DNA of 64,000 nucleotides, taken from the NCBI GenBank assembly GCA_963920595.1, contig OY986947.1:1-64000 (forward strand), read 5' to 3'. The notes under the pieces were generated by a model that saw only the letters and a program-made list of their open reading frames with translations, made no database searches and was not told the DNA's origin. Numbering within the stretch: position 1 is the first letter of the stretch; each line of letters starts with the position of its first letter. The translations under genes and the position numbers were made by a program. Source of the stretch: Eimeria praecox (lineage: Eukaryota). Positions 1 through 13,600 of the stretch are shown here, in pieces.

Positions 1-3000
1 CTAAACCCTAAACCCTAAACCCTAAACCCTAAACCCTAAACCCTAAACCCTAAACCCTAAACCCTAAACCCTAAACCCTAAACCCTAAACCCTAAACCCT
101 AAACCCTAAACCCTAAACCCTAAACCCTAAACCCTAAACCCTAAACCCTAAACCCTAAACCCTAAACCCTAAACCCTAAACCCTAAACCCTAAACCCTAA
201 ACCCTAAACCCTAAACCCTAAACCCTAAACCCTAAACCCTAAACCCTAAACCCTAAACCCTAAACCCTAAACCCTAAACCCTAAACCCTAAACCCTAAAC
301 CCTAAACCCTAAACCCTAAACCCTAAACCCTAAACCCTAAACCCTAAACCCTAAACCCTAAACCCTAAACCCTAAACCCTAAACCCTAAACCCTAAACCC
401 TAAACCCTAAACCCTAAACCCTAAACCCTAAACCCTAAACCCTAAACCCTAAACCCTAAACCCTAAACCCTAAACCCTAAACCCTAAACCCTAAACCCTA
501 AACCCTAAACCCTAAACCCTAAACCCTAAACCCTAAACCCTAAACCCTAAACCCTAAACCCTAAACCCTAAACCCTAAACCCTAAACCCTAAACCCTAAA
601 CCCTAAACCCTAAACCCTAAACCCTAAACCCTAAACCCTAAACCCTAAACCCTAAACCCTAAACCCTAAACCCTAAACCCTAAACCCTAAACCCTAAACC
701 CTAAACCCTAAACCCTAAACCCTAAACCCTAAACCCTAAACCCTAAACCCTAAACCCTAAACCCTAAACCCTAAACCCTAAACCCTAAACCCTAAACCCT
801 AAACCCTAAACCCTAAACCCTAAACCCTAAACCCTAAACCCTAAACCCTAAACCCTAAACCCTAAACCCTAAACCCTAAACCCTAAACCCTAAACCCTAA
901 ACCCTAAACCCTAAACCCTAAACCCTAAACCCTAAACCCTAAACCCTAAACCCTAAACCCTAAACCCTAAACCCTAAACCCTAAACCCTAAACCCTAAAC
1001 CCTAAACCCTAAACCCTAAACCCTAAACCCTAAACCCTAAACCCTAAACCCTAAACCCTAAACCCTAAACCCTAAACCCTAAACCCTAAACCCTAAACCC
1101 TAAACCCTAAACCCTAAACCCTAAACCCTAAACCCTAAACCCTAAACCCTAAACCCTAAACCCTAAACCCTAAACCCTAAACCCTAAACCCTAAACCCTA
1201 AACCCTAAACCCTAAACCCTAAACCCTAAACCCTAAACCCTAAACCCTAAACCCTAAACCCTAAACCCTAAACCCTAAACCCTAAACCCTAAACCCTAAA
1301 CCCTAAACCCTAAACCCTAAACCCTAAACCCTAAACCCTAAACCCTAAACCCTAAACCCTAAACCCTAAACCCTAAACCCTAAACCCTAAACCCTAAACC
1401 CTAAACCCTAAACCCTAAACCCTAAACCCTAAACCCTAAACCCTAAACCCTAAACCCTAAACCCTAAACCCTAAACCCTAAACCCTAAACCCTAAACCCT
1501 AAACCCTAAACCCTAAACCCTAAACCCTAAACCCTAAACCCTAAACCCTAAACCCTAAACCCTAAACCCTAAACCCTAAACCCTAAACCCTAAACCCTAA
1601 ACCCTAAACCCTAAACCCTAAACCCTAAACCCTAAACCCTAAACCCTAAACCCTAAACCCTAAACCCTAAACCCTAAACCCTAAACCCTAAACCCTAAAC
1701 CCTAAACCCTAAACCCTAAACCCTAAACCCTAAACCCTAAACCCTAAACCCTAAACCCTAAACCCTAAACCCTAAACCCTAAACCCTAAACCCTAAACCC
1801 TAAACCCTAAACCCTAAACCCTAAACCCTAAACCCTAAACCCTAAACCCTAAACCCTAAACCCTAAACCCTAAACCCTAAACCCTAAACCCTAAACCCTA
1901 AACCCTAAACCCTAAACCCTAAACCCTAAACCCTAAACCCTAAACCCTAAACCCTAAACCCTAAACCCTAAACCCTAAACCCTAAACCCTAAACCCTAAA
2001 CCCTAAACCCTAAACCCTAAACCCTAAACCCTAAACCCTAAACCCTAAACCCTAAACCCTAAACCCTAAACCCTAAACCCTAAACCCTAAACCCTAAACC
2101 CTAAACCCTAAACCCTAAACCCTAAACCCTAAACCCTAAACCCTAAACCCTAAACCCTAAACCCTAAACCCTAAACCCTAAACCCTAAACCCTAAACCCT
2201 AAACCCTAAACCCTAAACCCTAAACCCTAAACCCTAAACCCTAAACCCTAAACCCTAAACCCTAAACCCTAAACCCTAAACCCTAAACCCTAAACCCTAA
2301 ACCCTAAACCCTAAACCCTAAACCCTAAACCCTAAACCCTAAACCCTAAACCCTAAACCCTAAACCCTAAACCCTAAACCCTAAACCCTAAACCCTAAAC
2401 CCTAAACCCTAAACCCTAAACCCTAAACCCTAAACCCTAAACCCTAAACCCTAAACCCTAAACCCTAAACCCTAAACCCTAAACCCTAAACCCTAAACCC
2501 TAAACCCTAAACCCTAAACCCTAAACCCTAAACCCTAAACCCTAAACCCTAAACCCTAAACCCTAAACCCTAAACCCTAAACCCTAAACCCTAAACCCTA
2601 AACCCTAAACCCTAAACCCTAAACCCTAAACCCTAAACCCTAAACCCTAAACCCTAAACCCTAAACCCTAAACCCTAAACCCTAAACCCTAAACCCTAAA
2701 CCCTAAACCCTAAACCCTAAACCCTAAACCCTAAACCCTAAACCCTAAACCCTAAACCCTAAACCCTAAACCCTAAACCCTAAACCCTAAACCCTAAACC
2801 CTAAACCCTAAACCCTAAACCCTAAACCCTAAACCCTAAACCCTAAACCCTAAACCCTAAACCCTAAACCCTAAACCCTAAACCCTAAACCCTAAACCCT
2901 AAACCCTAAACCCTAAACCCTAAACCCTAAACCCTAAACCCTAAACCCTAAACCCTAAACCCTAAACCCTAAACCCTAAACCCTAAACCCTAAACCCTAA

Positions 3001-4810
3001 ACCCTAAACCCTAAACCCTAAACCCTAAACCCTAAACCCTAAACCCTAAACCCTAAACCCTAAACCCTAAACCCTAAACCCTAAACCCTAAACCCTAAAC
3101 CCTAAACCCTAAACCCTAAACCCTAAACCCTAAACCCTAAACCCTAAACCCTAAACCCTAAACCCTAAACCCTAAACCCTAAACCCTAAACCCTAAACCC
3201 TAAACCCTAAACCCTAAACCCTAAACCCTAAACCCTAAACCCTAAACCCTAAACCCTAAACCCTAAACCCTAAACCCTAAACCCTAAACCCTAAACCCTA
3301 AACCCTAAACCCTAAACCCTAAACCCTAAACCCTAAACCCTAAACCCTAAACCCTAAACCCTAAACCCTAAACCCTAAACCCTAAACCCTAAACCCTAAA
3401 CCCTAAACCCTAAACCCTAAACCCTAAACCCTAAACCCTAAACCCTAAACCCTAAACCCTAAACCCTAAACCCTAAACCCTAAACCCTAAACCCTAAACC
3501 CTAAACCCTAAACCCTAAACCCTAAACCCTAAACCCTAAACCCTAAACCCTAAACCCTAAACCCTAAACCCTAAACCCTAAACCCTAAACCCTAAACCCT
3601 AAACCCTAAACCCTAAACCCTAAACCCTAAACCCTAAACCCTAAACCCTAAACCCTAAACCCTAAACCCTAAACCCTAAACCCTAAACCCTAAACCCTAA
3701 ACCCTAAACCCTAAACCCTAAACCCTAAACCCTAAACCCTAAACCCTAAACCCTAAACCCTAAACCCTAAACCCTAAACCCTAAACCCTAAACCCTAAAC
3801 CCTAAACCCTAAACCCTAAACCCTAAACCCTAAACCCTAAACCCTAAACCCTAAACCCTAAACCCTAAACCCTAAACCCTAAACCCTAAACCCTAAACCC
3901 TAAACCCTAAACCCTAAACCCTAAACCCTAAACCCTAAACCCTAAACCCTAAACCCTAAACCCTAAACCCTAAACCCTAAACCCTAAACCCTAAACCCTA
4001 AACCCTAAACCCTAAACCCTAAACCCTAAACCCTAAACCCTAAACCCTAAACCCTAAACCCTAAACCCTAAACCCTAAACCCTAAACCCTAAACCCTAAA
4101 CCCTAAACCCTAAACCCTAAACCCTAAACCCTAAACCCTAAACCCTAAACCCTAAACCCTAAACCCTAAACCCTAAACCCTAAACCCTAAACCCTAAACC
4201 CTAAACCCTAAACCCTAAACCCTAAACCCTAAACCCTAAACCCTAAACCCTAAACCCTAAACCCTAAACCCTAAACCCTAAACCCTAAACCCTAAACCCT
4301 AAACCCTAAACCCTAAACCCTAAACCCTAAACCCTAAACCCTAAACCCTAAACCCTAAACCCTAAACCCTAAACCCTAAACCCTAAACCCTAAACCCTAA
4401 ACCCTAAACCCTAAACCCTAAACCCTAAACCCTAAACCCTAAACCCTAAACCCTAAACCCTAAACCCTAAACCCTAAACCCTAAACCCTAAACCCTAAAC
4501 CCTAAACCCTAAACCCTAAACCCTAAACCCTAAACCCTAAACCCTAAACCCTAAACCCTAAACCCTAAACCCTAAACCCTAAACCCTAAACCCTAAACCC
4601 TAAACCCTAAACCCTAAACCCTAAACCCTAAACCCTAAACCCTAAACCCTAAACCCTAAACCCTAAACCCTAAACCCTAAACCCTAAACCCTAAACCCTA
4701 AACCCTAAACCCTAAACCCTAAACCCTAAACCCTAAACCCTAAACCCTAAACCCTAAACCCTAAACCCTAAACCCTAAACCCTAAACCCTAAACCCTAAA
4801 CCCTAAACCC
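1..4810 (+). repeat. Telomere: perfect (CCCTAAA)n tract, about 687 heptamers; C-rich strand of a TTTAGGG-type telomere at the left chromosome end
   Basis: Uninterrupted CCCTAAA from base 1 to about 4810. C-rich strand at the 5' end is the orientation of a real chromosome terminus. TTTAGGG is the established telomere repeat of land plants, many green algae and several apicomplexans. Confidence 0.99.
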
Positions 4811-5293
4811 CTCAACCCTAAACCCTAAACCTAAACCCTGACCTCTAAAAGCCCGAACCCTGAACGCTAAACCCTAAACCCTAAACCCTAAACCCTAAAA
4901 CCCTAAAACCCTAAACCCCTAAACCCTAAACCCTAAACCCTAAACCCTAAACCCTAAACCCTAAACCCTAAACCCTAAACCCTAAACCCTAAACCCCTCA
5001 ACCCTAAACCCTAAACCTAAACCCTGAGCTCTAAAAGCCCGAACCCTGAACGCTAAACCCTAAACCCTAAACCCTAAACCCTAAAACCCTAAAACCCTAA
5101 ACCCTAAACCCCTAAACCCTAAACCCTAAACCTAAACCCTGAGCTCTAAAAGCCGGAACCCTGAACGCTAAACCGTAAACCCTAAACCCTAAACCCTAAA
5201 CCCTAAATGTTCAAATCCTAAACCGTCAACCCGAAAACCTAAACCCTAAGCCCTAAAACCCTGACCCCTGAATGGTAGCCCGTAAACCCCTGA
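4811..5293 (+). repeat. Degenerate/variant telomere repeat zone (telomere-subtelomere junction)
   Basis: CCCTAAA mixed with variants (CCCTCAA, CCTAAA, CCCTGAA, CGCTAAA, CCCTAAAA, CCGTAAA, CCCGAAA, CCCTAAG). Purity falls off toward about 5270-5293. Confidence 0.95.
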
Positions 5294-7699
5294 AGGCGAA
5301 TATCTTTTGCGAAGCCAGCGGTTTCCCTGGAAACGTCAGGGCAGCATGATTTGTGCTGAACAGGGTTTTTCCCATAGTTAGGCCCAGTAAGTTTTTACCT
5401 GGGTGAGATAAGGAAAATGAAAAGGACCAGTAGTTGCTGGTGATCCAGTTAATGCAAGGCGAACCTCTGGAGTTTGTGAGACGAAGTAGTGGGAAATAGG
5501 TGTAGGACTGTGGCCCAAGACGACAGCCACTGTCGTGAAAGCAATGCCTATGTAAGCTCCAGCGCGGCTCAATTGGCAATCTGTGAACCGTTAAGCAAAT
5601 CCTTTTATAACCGTATAAAAAGCAGTGTGGGCTTTTCCTAGTAAGGGTGCACCAAGGTTGTGAACGAGCAAAGAACCCAAGCAGAAAAGCATCATTACGG
5701 GTATTCTATGTCTAATAGTCCTTGCGCATGCACAGCTGACGAACGCCGACAATGAACATGCAGGAAAGGTTAGGGCGAGAGTCAGTCAAACGGGCCATTC
5801 GGAACGGAGAATCTGCATCCTCGACAATTATAATTCGCAATGCCCATAGTTGTCAATTACCTCATGGGAAGCAGCAGCCCCCCCGAATGCGTAAACGGCA
5901 TTAGAACCGTTTAGGGTGGAGGATCGTAAGCGTGACTTCTAAGACACGAACGCTGGGCAGCTAGTCTCTGATTAGCGTGAATCTCGTGTAGCGGACATCC
6001 TGCACAACCGGAGGAGGGTTGTGAATTTTCCCGTCTCTTAGCCAGTGAGCGGTTGCATTCGCTAGGCTGTCGCATACAGGAGCACCTGCAGCATTCATGG
6101 GCTTCACAACGTCCATCTATGCTTACTCACTGCAGTTATAGATAGGTGCTAAGCAAAAAAAGCCATCCCAGCTTCCGCACTGTTCGTTGAAAAGGACTCT
6201 TATTCACAGTTCAATGCGGCAGTACAGAAAAGGAGATGCTCTCGCCTATTATGTTACGCTCAAAAATGAAAGTGCTATAGTATCTTAACTCCTTAGTATT
6301 CGGAGCACCTGACACACTGATAAGATGCATTTTGCCAGTTATCGCTTTGTTTGCCTCTCGGAACGGCCTACAAAAGAAGTCACCGCGGCTTCCAGGACTG
6401 CGGTTTGCCGGGGAGCAAAACTAAACAATGCAGTTTCATAGGAAAGAACACTAAGTCAAAACTTCTACGAGCTGCACTATCGCAAGCAATTTTGTTTTTC
6501 TCGCGAAAAGCTGCGTGCTGACTTGTCGAGAGTTTCGCCATGACCCATAACAGTCATCTGCGTGGAAGGCAAGCCATAAATCATTCAAGGAGCTGCAATG
6601 TGCATCCAAAGGTGCAGCACGCTTACTGCATAACGGAACTCCGCAACGCGGATGAATTAGAGTTGCATTGCAAATTCCCAGCGAAATGAAGCCTCACGAA
6701 ATGGTTTTTCAGTGTGTTGGTCCCTGTGCGTTCCCTTCTTCAAGTATCTCACTATTCTGGTTCTCCCTATAGATTTGCTATAATCCTGTCAAGCAACGAA
6801 TATCCTGGGCCTAGGCGAAGCAAATATCATCACAGCAAACTTGGAAGGAGTATGAACTCAGGGAATCACTACTTGCTTGCACCTGTGCGTATAGTTACTT
6901 GCAGCAACGCCCACGTGCATTTCCCCTTAAATTACAGCGGTCAACGTTCACATGGATTCTTGAACCCTAACCCACCTACCAGTACCCGGCAAATGCATGG
7001 CTAAAATACGGCGGATGCGGCTACCAGGTGCATGCAGAGAATGGTCTAGACTGCCCAATCAAATCTTTTCTGATTAAAGGCGCGTTCCGCTGCCCATTAT
7101 GCGGATAGGCTGCATTTAATTAAGGAATGTCGTCAGATCCCCTTTGTTTTATCTAGGAGAGGCCTCGTAAATATCCAGACGCCCCTTTTGGCTAGTAAAT
7201 ATTGCATAAACGAGCATTCCTACGAATACTAGGAAACTGCTTTTCCCCCGTACGTTTCCTCATAAACCGTAACATGAGGAAACCTTCCACTGCTAACGGC
7301 ATGATGCAGTGCTCTCAGGCGCTTTCACAAGGCTTTTCATCAAGTACTTCGACTCTGCACATGACGTCAAGGTGCTAAATCATATGGCAGGTGTCCTCCG
7401 AATAATGCCATAGCGCATTCCAACTGTCATGCAGACTCTCGCTCCCTCTAGCACCTCTGTTGAGTACCAAGCAATCCCTTGGCCGCAGCCCACCAGATGG
7501 TCCCGCAATGTCCACTAGCCGTCTTACCTGTCAGCCCTGTAGCATGGCGCTGTCCACCTCACAGCATCAAACACCGCGCGAAGCGCTTATTTACATACCC
7601 GGTTGCCACCCATGCCGCTCCTCAGGTTGTACCAGCAATTACACATTGGCGCGGAGCAGCATATCCAGTCTAACTAGCGAAACGAGCGTACGTAGACTA
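5294..7699. other. Unique subtelomeric spacer between telomere and first satellite; no recognisable gene
   Basis: No tandem periodicity. Only short ORFs (108 aa or less) with no recognisable motif. Confidence 0.7.
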
Positions 7700-10600
7700 G
7701 CCAGTACTATACTGCAGCACTTAACTCCACTAAATTTGCCTATCTGCATAGCATCGTTCTAACGACAGGTGCCCTCGAAAGCTGCTGCATGGGCCTCCAA
7801 CCCTAATTTGGAAACCTAGAGGGCAAAAACTAGAATACATGCCTTCTACACCGCTCCTTTTGCAGACAGCCATACCCTAGTGCACCTCAGTTACCACTAG
7901 CATACGCATTAACGCCTGCATGCCACTCAAACAATGGACGCAGCATATGACAAATACAGAAACTGGGGCGCCCCTCATCATGTTCTCAACAACGGTCACC
8001 AAGACACTCTATAATTTTTCGCGCAGACCGTTTGATCTTGCAAACAGTCTCTGCACCACTATCATTTCCCTCAGTTGCTCCGTGGAAGCATTCGATGCCA
8101 TTCAAGGGACGCATCTCCTCTTCGTCCGCACATCAACTCTCAGCATGGGCAACGAAACATGTCAGCACTGCAAAATTATGCGATCCCCTAGTTGGACCGC
8201 CTGCTTACAAATGTAAAAACATCTGAACTGCAGTATTTCGATTTGTATGCATTCCCCAAATATTTGCTAGTAAGCACTCAACAAGCGTACTTCCTGTGCA
8301 TCCATAGACCAGCGCTTCCAGATGCTAAACATGCAAACGTCACCAAGCCTAAACTGCACGCTATGCTGTCTAGCTCGAGGAGGCGCACTCAGCACTATAC
8401 TGCTGCAACACTTCCCTCCACTATATTTGCCTATCTGCATAGCATCGTTCTAACGACAGGTGCCCTCGAAAGCTGCTGCATGGGCCTCCAACCCTAATTT
8501 GGAAACCTAGAGGGCAAAAACTAGAATGCATGCCTCCTACACCGTTCCTTTTGCAGCCAGCCATACCCTAATGCACCTCAGTTACCACTAGCATACGCAT
8601 TAACGCCTGCATGCCACTCAAACAATAGACGCAGCATATGACAAATATAGGAACTGGGGCGCCCCTCATCATTTTCTCAACAACGGTCACCAAGACACTC
8701 TATAATTTTTCGCGCAGACCGTTTGATCTTGCAAACAGTCTCTGCACCACTATCATTTCCCTCAGTTGCTCCGTGGAAGCATTCGATGCCATTCAAGGGA
8801 CGCATCTCCTCTTCGTCCGCACATCAACTCTCAGCATGGGCAACGAAACATGTCAGCACTGCAAAATTATGCGATCCCCTAGTTGGACCGCCTGCTTACA
8901 AATGTAAAAACATCTGAACTGCAGTATTTCGATTCGTGTGCATTCCCCAAATATTGGCTAGTAAGCACTCAACAAGCGTACTTCCTGTGCATCCATAGAC
9001 CAGCCCTTCCAGATGCTAAACATGCAAACGTCACCAAGTCTAAACTGCACGCTATGCTGTCTAGCTCGAGGAGGCGCACTCAGCACTATACTGTTGCAAC
9101 ACTTCTCTCCACTATATTTGCCTATCTGCATAGCATCGTTCTAACGACAGGTGCCCTCGAAAGCTGCTGCATGGGCCTCCAACCCTAATTTGGAAACCTA
9201 GAGGGCAAAAACTAGAATACATGCTTTCTACACCGTTCCTTTTGCAGCCAGCCATACCCTAATGCACCTTAGTTACCACTAGCATACGCATTAACGCCTG
9301 CATGCCACTCAAACAATGGACGCAGCCTATGACAAATATAGGAACTGGGGCGTCCCTCATCATTTTCTCAACAACGGTCACCAAGACACTCTATAATTTT
9401 TCGCGCAGACCGTTTGATCTTGCAAACAGTCTCTGCACCACTATCATTTCCCTCAGTTGCTCCGTGGAAGCATTCGATGCCATTCAAGGGACGCATCTCC
9501 TCTTCGTCCGCACATCAACTCTCAGCATGGGCAACGAAACATGTCAGCACTGCAAAATTATGCGATCCCCTAGTTGGACCGCCTGCTTACAAATGTAAAA
9601 ACATCTGAACTGCAGTATTTCGATTCGTGTGCATTCCCCAAATATTTGCTAGTAAGCACTCAACAAGCGTACTTCCTGTGCATCCATAGACCAGCCCTTC
9701 CAGATGCTAAACATGCAAACGTCACCAAGTCTAAACTGCACGCTATGCTGTCTAGCTCGAGGAGGCGCACTCAGCACTATACTGTTGCAACACTTCTCTC
9801 CACTATATTTGCCTATCTGCATAGCATCGTTCTAACGACAGGTGCCCTCGAAAGCTGCTGCATGGGCCTCCAACCCTAATTTGGAAACCTAGAGGGCAAA
9901 AACTAGAATACATGCCTCCTACACCGTTCCTTTTGCAGCCAGCCATACCCTAATGCACCTTAGTTACCACTAGCATACGCATTAACGCCTGCATGCCACT
10001 CAAACAATGGACGCAGCATATGACAAATATAGGAACTGGGGCGTCCCTCATCATTTTCTCAACAACGGTCACCAAGACACTCTATAATTTTTCGCGCAGG
10101 CCGTTTGATCTTGCAAACAGTCTCTGCACCACTATCATTTCCCTCAGTTGCTCCGTGGAAGCATTCGATGCCATTCAAGGGACGCATCTCCTCTTCGTCC
10201 GCACATCAACTCTCAGCATGGGCAACGAAACATGTCAGCACTGCAAAATTATGCGATCCCCTAGTTGGACCGCCTGCTTACAAATGTAAAAACATCTGAA
10301 CTGCACTATTTCGATTTGTATGCATTCCCCAAATATTTGCTAGTAAGCACTCAACAAGCGTACTTCCTGTGCATCCATAGACCAGCGCTTCCAGATGCTA
10401 AACATGCAAACGTCACCAAGTCTAAACTGCACGCTATGCTGTCTAGCTCGAGGAGGCGCACTCAGCACTATACTGCTGCAACACTTCCCTCCACTATATT
10501 GGCCTATCTGCATAGCATCGTTCTAACGACAGGTGCCCTCGAAAGCTGCTGCATGGGCCTCCAACCCTAATTTGGAAACCTAGAAGGCAACAACTAGAAT

Positions 10601-13600
10601 ACATGCTTTCTACACCGTTCCTTTTGCAGCCAGCCATACCCTAATGCACCTCAGTTACCACTAGCATACGCATTAACGCCTGCATGCCACTCAAACAATG
10701 GACGCAGCATATGACAAATATAGGAACTGGGGCGTCCCTCATCATTTTCTCAACAACGGTCACCAAGACACTCTATAATTTTTCGCGCAGACCGTTTGAT
10801 CTTGCAAACAGTCTCTGCACCACTATCATTTCCCTCAGTTGCTCCGTGGAAGCATTCGATGCCATTCAAGGGACGCGTCTCCTCTTCGTCCGCACATCAA
10901 CTCTAAGCATGGGCAACGAAACATGTCAGCACTGCAAAATTATGCGATCCCCTAGTTGGACCGCCTGCTTACAAATGTAAAAACATCTGAACTGCACTAT
11001 TTCGATTCGCATGCATTCCCCAAATATTGGCTAGTAAGCACTCAACAAGCGTACTTCCTGTGCATCCATAGACCAGCCCTTCCAGATGCTAAACATGCAA
11101 ACGTCACCAACTCTAAACTGCACGCTATGCTGTCTAGCTCGAGGAGGAGCACTCAGCACTATACTGCTGCAACACTTCCCTCCACTATATTTGCCTATCT
11201 GCATAGCATCGTTCTAACGACAGGTGCCCTCGAAAGCTGCTGCATGGGCCTCCAACCCTAATTTGGAAACCTAGAGGGCAAAAACTAGAATGCATGCCTC
11301 CTACACCGTTCCTTTTGCAGCCAGCCATACCCTAATGCACCTCAGTTACCACTAGCATACGCATTAACGCCTGCATGCCACTCAAACAATGGACGCAGCA
11401 TATGACAAATATAGGAACTGGGGCGCCCCTCATCATGTTCTCAACAACGGTCACCAAGACACTCTATAATTTTTCGCGCAGACCGTTTGATCTTGCAAAC
11501 AGTCTCTGCACCACTATCATTTCCCTCAGTTGCTCCGTGGAAGCATTCGATGCCATTCAAGGGACGCATCTCCTCTTCGTCCGCACATCAACTCTCAGCA
11601 TGGGCAACGAAACATGTCAGCACTGCAAAATTATGCGATCCCCTAGTTGGACCGCCTGCTTACAAATGTAAAAACATCTGAACTGCAGTATTTCGATTCG
11701 TGTGCATTCCCCAAATATTGGCTAGTAAGCACTCAACAAGCGTACTTCCTGTGCATCCATAGACCAGCGCTTCCAGATGCTAAACATGCAAACGTCACCA
11801 AGTCTAAACTGCACGCTATGCTGCCTAGCTCGAGGAGGCGCACTCAGCACTATACTGCTGCAACACTTCTCTCCACTATATTTGCCTATCTGCATAGCAT
11901 CGTTCTAACGACAGGTGCCCTCGAAAGCTGCTGCATGGGCCTCCAACCCTAATTTGGAAACCTAGAGGGCAAAAACTAGAATACATGCCTCCTACACCGT
12001 TCCTTTTGCAGCCAGCCATACCCTAATGCACCTTAGTTACGACTAGCATACGCATTAACGCCTGCATGCCACTCAAACAATGGACGCAGCATATGACAAA
12101 TATAGGAACTGGGGCGTCCCTCATCATGTTCTCAACAACGGTCACCAAGACACTCTATAATTTTTCGCGCAGACCGTTTGATCTTGCAAACAGTCTCTGC
12201 ACCACTATCATTTCCCTCAGTTGCTCCGTGGAAGCATTCGATGCCATTCAAGGGACGCATCTCCTCTTCGTCCGCACATCAACTCTCAGCATGGGCAACG
12301 AAACATGTCAACACTGCAAAATTATGCGATCCCCTAGTTGGACCGCCTGCTTACAAATGTAAAAACATCTGAACTGCAGTATTTCGATTTGTATGCATTC
12401 CCCAAATATTTGCTAGTAAGCACTCAACAAGCGTACTTCCTGTGCATCCATAGACCAGCCCTTCCAGATGCTAAACATGCAAACGTCACCAACTCTAAAC
12501 TGCACGCTATGCTGTCTAGCTCGAGGAGGCGCACTCAGCACTATACTGCTGCAACACTTCCCTCCACTATATTTGCCTATCTGCATAGCATCGTTCTAAC
12601 GACAGGTGCCCTCGAAAGCTGCTGCATGGGCCTCCAACCCTAATTTGGAAACCTAGAGGGCAAAAACTAGAATACATGCCTCCTACACCGTTCCTTTTGC
12701 AGCCAGCCATACCCTAATGCACCTTAGTTACGACTAGCATACGCATTAACGCCTGCATGCCACTCAAACAATGGACGCAGCATATGACAAATATAGGAAC
12801 TGGGGCGCCCCTCATCATGTTCTCAACAACGGTCACCAAGGCACTCTATAATTTTTCGCGCAGACCGTTTGATCTTGCAAACAGTCTCTGCACCACTATC
12901 ATTTCCCTCAGTTGCTCCGTGGAAGCATTCGATGCCATTCAAGGGACGCATCTCCTCTTCGTCCGCACATCAACTCTCAGCATGGGCAACGAAACATGTC
13001 AGCACTGCAAAATTATGCGATCCCCTAGTTGGACCGCCTGCTTACAAATGTAAAAACATCTGAACTGCACTATTTCGATTCGCATGCATTCCCCAAATAT
13101 TGGCTAGTAAGCACTCAACAAGCATACTTCCTGTGCATCCATAGACCAGCCCTTCCAGATGCTAAACATGCAAACGTCACCAACTCTAAACTGCACGCTA
13201 TGCTGTCTAGCTCGAGGAGGAGCACTCAGCACTATACTGCTGCAACACTTCCCTCCACTATATTTGCCTATCTGCATAGCATCGCTCTAACGACAGGTGC
13301 TCTCGAAAGCTGCTGCATGGGCCTCCAACCCTAATTTGGAAACCTAGAGGGCAAAAACTAGAATACATGCCTCCTACACCGTTCCTTGTGCAGCCAGCCA
13401 TACCCTAATGCACCTCAGTTACCACTAGCATACGCATTAACGCCTGCATGCCACTCAAACAATGGACGCAGCATATGACAAATATAGGAACTGGGGCGTC
13501 CCTCATCATGTTCTCAACAACGGTCACCAAGACACACTATAATTTTTCGCGCAGACCGTTTGATCTTGCAAACAGTCTCTGCACCACTATCATTTCCCTC

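Noticed and set aside
5253..5579. 108-aa minus ORF running into the telomere as a truncated gene
   Set aside because: It has a TTG start and no recognisable motif, and its C-terminus is simply degenerate telomere sequence.
5769..6973. Isolated telomere-like words (GGTTAGGG near 5768, TTTAGGG at 5910, AACCCTAACCC near 6963; also TAAACCCTA at 29342)
   Set aside because: These are single 7-11 bp matches in mixed orientation, compatible with chance in about 20 kb of unique DNA.
8093..8103. Shared CGATGCCATTC / CATTCGATGC words between the 691-bp and 2.36-kb units
   Set aside because: These are 10-11 bp matches with no flanking similarity, not enough to claim common origin.
7860..8210. 5S rRNA or other small-RNA gene array (unit size is typical; GCCATACC, CCGTTTGATCT and GACCGCCTG resemble 5S words)
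   Set aside because: The words are spread over more than 300 bp rather than about 120 nt. I see no box A/C arrangement, terminal stem or oligo-T terminator. An Infernal/Rfam scan would settle it.
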